Source: an uncultured Gammaproteobacteria bacterium
GTDB taxonomy: Bacteria; Patescibacteriota; Patescibacteriia; UBA9934; CAZDDW01
Direction of reading: 5' to 3'
DNA length: 64,000 bases
Assembly (NCBI GenBank): GCA_965231015.1
Contig: OZ246408.1
Location: 686,595-750,594, forward strand
Made by a program: the position numbers and the translations under genes. How positions within the stretch are numbered: position 1 is the stretch's first letter; each line of letters starts with the position of its first letter. Below the pieces are notes generated by a model. It saw nothing but the letters and a program-made list of their open reading frames with translations, made no database searches and was not told the origin of the DNA. Positions 18,902 to 26,648 of this stretch are shown here, one piece after another.

Positions 18902-19687
18902 TTATTGCAAAAGTCTTACCACCACGTCGATGATTCCGGCACCGAGCGGAGCGAGTTCAGCAAAAGCGACTGCATCAAGATCAATGACTCGATCAGGATG
19001 AACAGACCGATCCGGACCGTAATCATTCACTTCGACTGTGACTGTTTTATCTGAATTAACAGCCGAAACCACCAGGAAAGTTCCCTTGGGATAATCAGGT
19101 GAAGCAGCGCAGTTACATTCTTTATACGCATACCAACTGGCCTTTCCGGCTGACATAACCGGATCCGAGAACACGGCCAAACGGGCATATGGTAAATGAA
19201 TCAACGCTCGTACTGAGTTCAAACTCGGATAATCCATGCTTGGTAATTCCTCCCAAGCATTAGTGACAGCATTAAAAAAATAAATGCGCTTATAGCTTGG
19301 TAAGGTTACCAACTCATCTTCCGGAGGATCATACTTAATTTCAAGAAAGAAAAAATCCGAGCCATCATAGCTTTCCTTATTCAGTATATCAAAAAGGTAC
19401 ACGTTTCCCAAGAGCTCTTTGCCCTCAGGATAAGTATCTACCATCAGATCCGGCGGTAGAGTTTTTACGTCCACTTGAGTGTCCACATTCAAAGTTTCCG
19501 GACGAATTCCAAGCCGCATCATCGTGTCTGAACTTTCGAGCGTATATCCTTTGACGATCGTCTCAGCATCAAAATAGGTCGATAACACGACCTCTTCATC
19601 ATTTTCTTGGGCTAAAACAGGCAAAAACGAACCGCAAAAAGCAGTCAAAACAGCAATTGTGAGAAAAGATAGAAATAATCTTGCCAT
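18902..19687 (-). CDS. Secreted protein with C-terminal RlpA-like double-psi beta-barrel (lytic transglycosylase-like)
   Basis: GKASWY..AAS..P.GT..V..VNDYGP..RVIDL. Confidence 0.8.
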   Translation of the reverse strand: MARLFLSFLTIAVLTAFCGSFLPVLAQENDEEVVLSTYFDAETIVKGYTLESSDTMMRLGIRPETLNVDTQVDVKTLPPDLMVDTYPEGKELLGNVYLFDILNKESYDGSDFFFLEIKYDPPEDELVTLPSYKRIYFFNAVTNAWEELPSMDYPSLNSVRALIHLPYARLAVFSDPVMSAGKASWYAYKECNCAASPDYPKGTFLVVSAVNSDKTVTVEVNDYGPDRSVHPDRVIDLDAVAFAELAPLGAGIIDVVVRLLQ

Positions 19688-19748
19688 AGGCTTAATTAGC
19701 CTATATAATACCCGAGCTTAAGCTTTTTTACAATTAAGTTTTCCACGC

Positions 19749-19825
19749 GCCGATGTAGCTCAGCCGGTTAGAGCGCTGCACTCGTAATGCAGAGGTCGGG
19801 AGTTCGACTCTCCCCATCGGCTCCA
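19749..19825 (+). tRNA. tRNA-Thr(CGT)
   Basis: Acceptor GCCGATG/CATCGGC, anticodon arm CTGCA-CTCGTAA-TGCAG, GTTCGA T-loop, encoded CCA. Confidence 0.97.
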
Positions 19826-19965
19826 GACCATCGAACGGCCAAAACCCGTTCGATAGAGCCATTTCAAAACACCGGTCAAACGCCGGTGTTTTGTGTCGTA
19901 CAATTATAGCAACGTGCAAGGTTGAAATGTTTCACGGAGCTTAAATCGACAATTGTTTCACAGAA

Positions 19966-20958
19966 TCAGATCGTAATCAGTTTTGTGACCTTAGCGTTAG
20001 CCAGTTCTTCGTTGATCACGTCTTCAATGGTTCGTTTGGAAACAATAATTACAGAAACACTCATTTGCGGATCCTCGGCCTCCGGATCCACAATTTCATC
20101 TACCTGCAATATTCCATAAACCTCTGAAGCCTCCAAGACATCACTCACCTCCCCTTCTTCCATTTCAAGCAACACAACTCCCCACTCATCACCAAACTCA
20201 CTCGGATACACGTAACCGATATTTCCACCGTTTACTCCAGACGGATCTTCACTCACTCGCATTGCCACCTCGCTAAATTCAGCTCCACTCTGAATTTCTG
20301 CTAAAGCGTCTTCGGCAATTTGTTTTTGTCCAGCCTGCAATTCCTCGTCCTTAAGCAAATTATCCTGCACTTCAGACGCCAGAACTAGGGGCGTTAACAC
20401 TCGTTCTCTGAATTCGTCCAAGGTCCATCCATAATTTTCCGATACCAGCTCGGTCAAATCCTCAACCGTTCCTCCTGAATCTGTGACTGCCTGATCCATT
20501 AGACGATCCACCTTGGTTTCATCAACTTCCACTCCCCGTTCCTTAGCTAAATCTTCAATGATCTGACTACGAATCATGTTATCAAACAAGTTAGCTATCA
20601 TTTCATCTCCTTCCGGAATTGGATATCCGGACTCTTCAGACTGCACAGCATAAAAATTCATTAATCCATCATATCCGCTCAACAATTCCGAATAACTTAC
20701 CCAGGAACCGTTTACTACTGCCGCCGGATAAGGAATCACGTTTACAATTTGCCGTAATACTTTTTGATCATAATCAGCCCTGTATACATAAACCGTCATG
20801 GCTGTGGCAGCCAGTAATAAACCCACCACTAGTGCAATAATAGATAGCTGAATCGGATTGATGCGTTGGGTCTTATTTTTTATCTTTGGACCGTCTTCTT
20901 TTACTTCCTCCGATTTAGTTGCTTCTTCAGTTGTCAGATTGGTTTTATTAGTATCCAT
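19966..20958 (-). CDS. PrsA/SurA-like membrane-anchored parvulin peptidyl-prolyl isomerase/chaperone
   Basis: TM anchor, PAAVVNG, FSEVAMRVSEDPSGVNGGNIGY. Confidence 0.85.
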   Translation of the reverse strand: MDTNKTNLTTEEATKSEEVKEDGPKIKNKTQRINPIQLSIIALVVGLLLAATAMTVYVYRADYDQKVLRQIVNVIPYPAAVVNGSWVSYSELLSGYDGLMNFYAVQSEESGYPIPEGDEMIANLFDNMIRSQIIEDLAKERGVEVDETKVDRLMDQAVTDSGGTVEDLTELVSENYGWTLDEFRERVLTPLVLASEVQDNLLKDEELQAGQKQIAEDALAEIQSGAEFSEVAMRVSEDPSGVNGGNIGYVYPSEFGDEWGVVLLEMEEGEVSDVLEASEVYGILQVDEIVDPEAEDPQMSVSVIIVSKRTIEDVINEELANAKVTKLITI

Positions 20959-21406
20959 AAATCTTTAGTGTTTGATATTTTTCATGATTAAAGAAGTAAT
21001 ACCACCATCTGGTTGGATTGGCAACTTCAAAATTATTTTCCTGCTGGTAATTAATGTGTTGAAGCGGGGCCTGGTTTTCATTAAGACTCACTGAAGCGAC
21101 ATCATCTTCGTCGACCACCACCACTAACTGCTCACCCGGTTTTACCAATCCTAATTTCAATCGAGCCTCACCTTCAATAAAAGTTTCACTATTCAGTTCA
21201 TTGTTCAAGTTAGCAATTTCTAAATTATGAACTTCCAGTTCTTCAGCTTCGGTACGCAAGGATTCTATTTCTCGATTGATCTCCCAATCTCGCATAAATT
21301 CTCGCCCGAACGATAGAGCCAAAAAAGCCAACACCAACATATTGATCACGAGGAAAATTCGCAACTCCAGGATTCGTCGAATTAAGCTTTTTTTATGCTC
21401 GGGCAT
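20948..21406 (-). CDS. Septum formation initiator (FtsB/DivIC family)
   Basis: TM plus coiled coil plus FIEGEARLKLGLVKPGE. Confidence 0.85.
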   Translation of the reverse strand: MPEHKKSLIRRILELRIFLVINMLVLAFLALSFGREFMRDWEINREIESLRTEAEELEVHNLEIANLNNELNSETFIEGEARLKLGLVKPGEQLVVVVDEDDVASVSLNENQAPLQHINYQQENNFEVANPTRWWYYFFNHEKYQTLKIYGY

Positions 21407-21409
21407 AAA

Positions 21410-22048
21410 TTATTCTTCATCATCAGCAAAAAAATCTTCTAACGCCTTTTTCCTAAATTTCTTTTGCGTTTCTTCAGTCATAGCCGCAATTTCTTCATCT
21501 GACAAACTCTTAGCCGCTTTACGCAACTCGCGCTCTTTCGGATCCGCCGGTTCGCCCTCTAATACTGCTTCACGGAGATCGTTTATTAAATCGTGTAATT
21601 TGGCCGGCTGCTTGACCCGACGTACTTCAATATCAGCCGCGGAACCCGTGGTACGAATTAATACAAAACCATAACCAAAAATTGTGGCCAATAAACCTTT
21701 TTTACGATAAGAAACATCATCAATTCCAGAATAAAACAGTTCGGAAATGGTACGATCAAAAAAGCCGTGCTGATCAATGTCAATGAGGCGGCGATCAGTT
21801 ACCACAAACATGGTTCGTTGCCAACTAAACCAGGTTCGATACACAAAGAATAAGCAGGCTAAAAGCACGACTACAAAAATTAATACTCCCCACTCACCAA
21901 GTGTAAACAAGGGGAACATAAAAAAGAACGGTAACACAAACCAGACCACCAATATGACCATCCACGGAATGTAGGGCACAAAGTTTTGCCGAACGGTCAT
22001 AAGAATGTCTTCTTCTGGTTTAAGTTGTATAATTTTTGACGAGTCCAT
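21410..22048 (-). CDS. Membrane protein with bacterial PH domain
   Basis: Two TMs, VVTDRRLIDIDQHGFF..IDDVS..GLLATIFGYG. Confidence 0.75.
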   Translation of the reverse strand: MDSSKIIQLKPEEDILMTVRQNFVPYIPWMVILVVWFVLPFFFMFPLFTLGEWGVLIFVVVLLACLFFVYRTWFSWQRTMFVVTDRRLIDIDQHGFFDRTISELFYSGIDDVSYRKKGLLATIFGYGFVLIRTTGSAADIEVRRVKQPAKLHDLINDLREAVLEGEPADPKERELRKAAKSLSDEEIAAMTEETQKKFRKKALEDFFADDEE

Positions 22049-22049
22049 A

Positions 22050-23405
22050 TTATTTTATTTTTTGTAAAGCCTTCCGAGCTTCTGCCCGATCGTCCCAAGG
22101 AATGGTTTTGCCGTGTTTAATGGCCATAACCGGCTCACTTCCCTTTCCGGTTATCAAGACAATGTCACCGGATTCAGCCAATCTAACAGCTCGTTGAATA
22201 GCCTCACTACGATCCAAGATCTTAAACAGGTCTTTATTTTCAACCGAGCCTGATTCAAGCGCTCCAGCGGCTACCTGATCGATTATAGCCTGCGGGTAAT
22301 CGTCATACGGATCTTCATTAGTCACAATTGTAATGTCAGCAAACTGACTGGAAATAGCACCGATTTTGGGACGACGGGCCACATCTCGTCCACCGCCGGT
22401 TGACCCAGTTACGTGAATGATTCGTTTGTAATTAAAGTGCTCAACTGTTTCAAATAATTTCGTTAAAGCCACTGGCTCAAAGGCATAATCAACAATCACA
22501 GTAAAATCCTGACCTTCGTCAATTACTTCGATTCGACCTGGCACAAGTTCGAGTTTTGATACTCCGCGAGCGATTACGTCCCAACCAAACCCGAGAGCGC
22601 GAGCCACCGCAATGGCCGCGAGAACGTTCATGACGTTGAATAACCCAAGTGGCTTGAGTTCAAACTCATGTTCTCCAACCATGAAACTCGATCCCGCAGC
22701 AGACGTTTTGATCTCCGAGGCTAAGATCTGCACGTCGCAGATGGTACGCGGCCCGTCGTTCTTGGTCGACGTGCGACGTGCGACGTGCGACGTGCCAAAC
22801 CCATACGTTTTCTCTGACTTAAACGAAGCAAAGTAATCAACGTATTCATCATCAAGATTTAGAATCTTAGTCTTCATTGGCTTCGTTGATTCGTTGCTTC
22901 GTTGATTCGTTGATTCCATTAAATGCTCAAACAATTTTCCTTTGGCTTGCTTATAGTTTTCAAACCCACCATGGGCTTCGATGTGCTCGGGTGTAAGATC
23001 AGTTATTAAAACCACATCGTAATCGATTCCAAGGTGTCGATATTGATCAATCCCCTGCGAACTGGTTTCAATCACCGCGTACTTTACTCCGCTCTTTACC
23101 ATTTGGCGCAACAATCTCTGCAACTGAAACCGACCGAGCATGGTCATTTTTTTATCATTGGTCCACTCGCGTCCAGCTACCTTGAAAGAATTCGTGGTCG
23201 CCCATCCGACCTGCTCGCCAGCGTATTCCAAAATCTGCCCGATCCACTCACAGGTGGTGGTCTTACCATGTGTTCCAGTAACCCCGATAACTACGAGCTC
23301 TTGAGACGGATTTCGGTATAGCCAAGCAGCCAAATACGACAAAACCCAGTGATATACCTTAATCACCGGCTCTGGCACGAGCTTTCGTACAAAATGTTTA
23401 ATCAT
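22050..23405 (-). CDS. murE: UDP-N-acetylmuramoyl-dipeptide ligase MurE
   Basis: GVTGTHGKTTT, ETSSQG, EHIEAHG, PGRIE, VIVDYA, NEDPY, GKGSE. Confidence 0.9.
   Translation of the reverse strand: MIKHFVRKLVPEPVIKVYHWVLSYLAAWLYRNPSQELVVIGVTGTHGKTTTCEWIGQILEYAGEQVGWATTNSFKVAGREWTNDKKMTMLGRFQLQRLLRQMVKSGVKYAVIETSSQGIDQYRHLGIDYDVVLITDLTPEHIEAHGGFENYKQAKGKLFEHLMESTNQRSNESTKPMKTKILNLDDEYVDYFASFKSEKTYGFGTSHVARRTSTKNDGPRTICDVQILASEIKTSAAGSSFMVGEHEFELKPLGLFNVMNVLAAIAVARALGFGWDVIARGVSKLELVPGRIEVIDEGQDFTVIVDYAFEPVALTKLFETVEHFNYKRIIHVTGSTGGGRDVARRPKIGAISSQFADITIVTNEDPYDDYPQAIIDQVAAGALESGSVENKDLFKILDRSEAIQRAVRLAESGDIVLITGKGSEPVMAIKHGKTIPWDDRAEARKALQKIK
22730..22916. repeat. Two short tandem repeats inside murE: (CGACGTG)4 with inverted copy, and (TTCGTTGA/C)4
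   Basis: 22767-22794, inverted unit 22730-22739; 22882-22916. Confidence 0.85.
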
Positions 23406-23536
23406 GTAGGCTTATTTTAGCAGGAAAAGACAGTGAAAACAAGGACGTAAAACCACCAAACCACGCACCACTCAATCTTTAAACAGACCTTTATTCTCGT
23501 ACGGACGAAAATAAGATACAAAAATATTGTACACTT

Positions 23537-23552
23537 TTTCACGATCGTGAAA
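23537..23552. repeat. Perfect 16-bp palindrome TTTCACGATCGTGAAA
   Basis: Core recurs at 58528, 58805 and (1 mismatch) 58982. Confidence 0.85.
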
Positions 23553-23602
23553 TTTTATACAATTTCTCATTTTTACTTTCGTGCGAATGTACTGATGATC
23601 AT

Positions 23603-23863
23603 CTATAACATTCCGAGAATATATTTTGATGGTTGATCAGATATCGACTCGAGGCAGTAAATTTTTTCTTTCCCAACATATGAACCTTTTACCAGATCAA
23701 CTGACCTCAGGATTGCCAAATGTCTAGAGGTCGATTTCAAAGATAAATCAATCTTATCTGCTATCTCCCAAACCGAGGCTTTTTTCTCTTTTTTTAGATA
23801 CGCCAATATTTCCAATCTCTTCTTATTCGCCAACGCTTTTAATTGTTTCTCCATGTTTTTCAT
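23603..23863 (-). CDS. ArsR/SmtB-family winged-helix protein flanked by 16-bp direct repeats
   Basis: LKALANKKRLEIL..SVWEIA..STSRHLAILR; ACTTTCGTGCGAATGT at 23575 and 23879. Confidence 0.85.
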   Translation of the reverse strand: MKNMEKQLKALANKKRLEILAYLKKEKKASVWEIADKIDLSLKSTSRHLAILRSVDLVKGSYVGKEKIYCLESISDQPSKYILGML

Positions 23864-23930
23864 ATTTTTTTAATTTTCACTTTCGTGCGAATGTCCCTAT
23901 ATACTCAAACAAAATCGCACATATATTTTA

Positions 23931-25388
23931 TCATTTATCATTCGACATTCCGATCTTCCCCACTTCCTCCTTAAACTGATCACCGCGGTCGAATTCATTT
24001 TTAAAGATTCCGAAACTAGCACAACCCGGCGAGAGCAAGACCACGTCATCCTTAGTGGCGATTTCACGGGCGGCTTCTACGGCCTTGGGCATGGAATCAA
24101 TTCGCATAGTGCTCACGTCTTTACCTATCGCTGCTTCGAGTTTGTCTGTCGCCGTTCCCTCGAATAAAATGACGTGCTTACACGTGGCTCGAATCACATT
24201 TCCAAGTTCGTCAAAACCTAGCCCCTTATCCGCACCACCGGCTAGCAAAACGATGTTGCTATTTTGGCCAAAGCGCTGCAGTGCCGCAATAGCGGCAGCC
24301 GGTGCAGTCGCGGTCGTATCGTTCACGTACTTTACTCCGCCAATTTCGTCCACGAGTTCTTGCCGGTCGGCTACCCCCTCGAAAGTCGAGAGCACCTCGC
24401 GAATAGTTTCTGATTCTACGTCACGAAGTCGAGCTACTGCAATGGCCGCAAGTGCGTTTTCGAGATTATGATTCCCTGGTTGGGCTAACTCCGATTTCTG
24501 CATCACAACTTCTTCTCCACTCTCAGTTCGCCACACAACCTCATCGCCACGAGCAAAAGCCCCAAACTTACCTTCTGGCAATTCGGACTTGGAAAACCAA
24601 AATAACCGACTTGGAACTTTGGGTTCGAGTTCACGAGTTTGGTCTTGGTCGAAATTTAACACACATGACTGATCAGACGTTTGGTTCTTGAAAATAACAG
24701 ACTTGGCTTCAATATAATGATCCATCGAGTCATAACGATTTAAATGATCTTCGTACAAGTTTGTGAGCACAGCCACTTCTGGCCCGCGTTTAACGTCGGC
24801 TAGAGTCTCTAGCAACCAACTAGAAAGCTCGAGCGTGACTGGTCGTGGTTCCCGTTCTTCTACAATTTCGTCCAAAAACTCGAGCGGCGAAACCTTGATA
24901 TTTCCGGCTACCACAGCTCGCTCATCCACCTCAAGCATAATATCCCCGATCATACTTACAGTCGTTGATTTACCTTTTGCCCCGGTCACGGCTACAAATG
25001 GATGAGGATCAAGTTCATAAAAAATTGACACGTCCGAAATCACCGGCACATTATGATCTTTAGCGATTTTTAAGAACTCGGACTCGCGTGGCACGTCTGG
25101 ATTTTTCACCACAAATTGAGCATTAGCAAAATCTTCTTCGTGGTGCTCCCCCATTACAAAAACTGGATGATAAATTTCACGGTCAGTGATATCGGCCTTG
25201 TATTTGGAAAACCATTTCATCACCTCTTTAACCGACTCTTTAAGATCTTCTTCTGTTTTTAAATCTGTAATCACGGTCTGGGCACCATGACGCATTAACC
25301 ATTTAGTGGCCCCGACACCACTTCCTTGTAAAAAGCGACCGAGTCCCATCACGGTCACCACAGAATCTTTAAAAACTTCAACTTGCAT
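23931..25388 (-). CDS. murD: UDP-N-acetylmuramoylalanine-D-glutamate ligase MurD
   Basis: AVTGAKGKSTT, ELSSW, DHLNRY, YVNDTTAT, GGADKG, LLSPGCASF..FDRG. Confidence 0.93.
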   Translation of the reverse strand: MQVEVFKDSVVTVMGLGRFLQGSGVGATKWLMRHGAQTVITDLKTEEDLKESVKEVMKWFSKYKADITDREIYHPVFVMGEHHEEDFANAQFVVKNPDVPRESEFLKIAKDHNVPVISDVSIFYELDPHPFVAVTGAKGKSTTVSMIGDIMLEVDERAVVAGNIKVSPLEFLDEIVEEREPRPVTLELSSWLLETLADVKRGPEVAVLTNLYEDHLNRYDSMDHYIEAKSVIFKNQTSDQSCVLNFDQDQTRELEPKVPSRLFWFSKSELPEGKFGAFARGDEVVWRTESGEEVVMQKSELAQPGNHNLENALAAIAVARLRDVESETIREVLSTFEGVADRQELVDEIGGVKYVNDTTATAPAAAIAALQRFGQNSNIVLLAGGADKGLGFDELGNVIRATCKHVILFEGTATDKLEAAIGKDVSTMRIDSMPKAVEAAREIATKDDVVLLSPGCASFGIFKNEFDRGDQFKEEVGKIGMSNDK

Positions 25389-25411
25389 AAGAAAATGATT
25401 AAAGATATTCG

Positions 25412-26071
25412 TTAAAATTTTCCTCTAAGATAATCTAATCTGACGATTGTCATAGCTTTAATAATTTCAAGCGACATTTTGACGTACTCAATAAAACCTC
25501 GCCAATAACCAACCTTCTCGTACTTGTGAACGATTTTAATCCCCGGCAACTTCACTCCGCCGTAGGTTAGCTTTCGAGAACGACAGTAATAGTTGAGAGC
25601 CGACTCAATCATAAAGCCTTGCTTATACCGATCCGGAATAGCTTCAAAAACATGTCGGTACATGGCTCGTTCTCCACCGATGAGTGGCAAATAATGCATC
25701 AAACCTGTAATCAACCCTCCGCGGTCACGCAACCCCACATTCATGACTCGAGCCCCTTTCAAAACCGGCAGCACGATTCGTTCAGCGTGATCGGCTTTAA
25801 AACCTTTAAGATCCGCATCAAAAAACGCCACCACTTCTGTTTCGGCGTGGGCGAGTCCATGCTGCATGGCCGCTCCTTTCCCATTCTTGACCGGCAACTG
25901 ATACACGGTTGCCCCGGCCGCTTCAGCCACCCGGGCGGTATTATCCGTTGACCCGTCTGAAATCACAATCACCTCTTTAAAATATGGTGATTGCATCAGT
26001 TCTTTAACCACCGGTCCGATGGTTAAAGATTCGTTATAGGCTGGAACAATAGCTGTAACTAGTTTTTCCAT
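25412..26071 (-). CDS. Glycosyltransferase family 2
   Basis: IVPAYNE, SDGSTD, GKGAA, FFDADL. Confidence 0.9.
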   Translation of the reverse strand: MEKLVTAIVPAYNESLTIGPVVKELMQSPYFKEVIVISDGSTDNTARVAEAAGATVYQLPVKNGKGAAMQHGLAHAETEVVAFFDADLKGFKADHAERIVLPVLKGARVMNVGLRDRGGLITGLMHYLPLIGGERAMYRHVFEAIPDRYKQGFMIESALNYYCRSRKLTYGGVKLPGIKIVHKYEKVGYWRGFIEYVKMSLEIIKAMTIVRLDYLRGKF

Positions 26072-26072
26072 A

Positions 26073-26645
26073 CTATTTTCTCATACTAATTTCATACATA
26101 ATTTGCTCCAGGTTGCGCAAATTCTTTTTAGCTTGATCAAATTTCTGTCGCAAGTATCCAGTTAAATCAAGGCTAAGCATGAATTCAATCGCTTCTTCTG
26201 TGGCCGCTTGTGCATGCTTAACGGCCTCAAAATTTCCTGCTGTTGCCTCACGAATTGCGTAGCGCACAACTTCTCCTGTTGCATCAGACAGAGCTCCAAG
26301 ATAAGTTCCCGGATCCATAACACGAACTTCAAGCTTGCCAAACTCGCCCTTTGAAATAAACTGGTCAAACAGTAATGCCTCAGCATACTCCTCAAGTGCT
26401 GCCTGATAGGCCCCTTCATAACGCAGACGAGGGATGGTTTTAAAATTCTTTTCAGCTTTTCCCAACGAACCAATCGCAAGCTTGATTGACACCTTTGCTC
26501 CAACCTTATCACCACGATGCAATGCAAATACAGCTTTCTTAGAAGCACTCAGGGCATCATTCGAATAACGAATTAATTCGCGACGATATTTCAAATATTT
26601 TCCCTGTTTCCTTCCAACCTCAACAAAAGCTTTTTTAGTGGACAT
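26073..26645 (-). CDS. Translin/TRAX (C3PO) family protein
   Basis: RRELIRYS..SKKAVFALHR, LEEYAEA, YLGALSDATGEVVR, LRQKFD motifs of the Translin fold. Confidence 0.85.
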   Translation of the reverse strand: MSTKKAFVEVGRKQGKYLKYRRELIRYSNDALSASKKAVFALHRGDKVGAKVSIKLAIGSLGKAEKNFKTIPRLRYEGAYQAALEEYAEALLFDQFISKGEFGKLEVRVMDPGTYLGALSDATGEVVRYAIREATAGNFEAVKHAQAATEEAIEFMLSLDLTGYLRQKFDQAKKNLRNLEQIMYEISMRK

Positions 26646-26648
26646 ATT

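Noticed and set aside
19826-19965. Integration site or parS after tRNA-Thr (two hairpins, TGTTTCAC half-sites)
   Set aside because: No tRNA 3'-end duplication or integrase seen; only half-matches to parS; hairpins are explained as terminators
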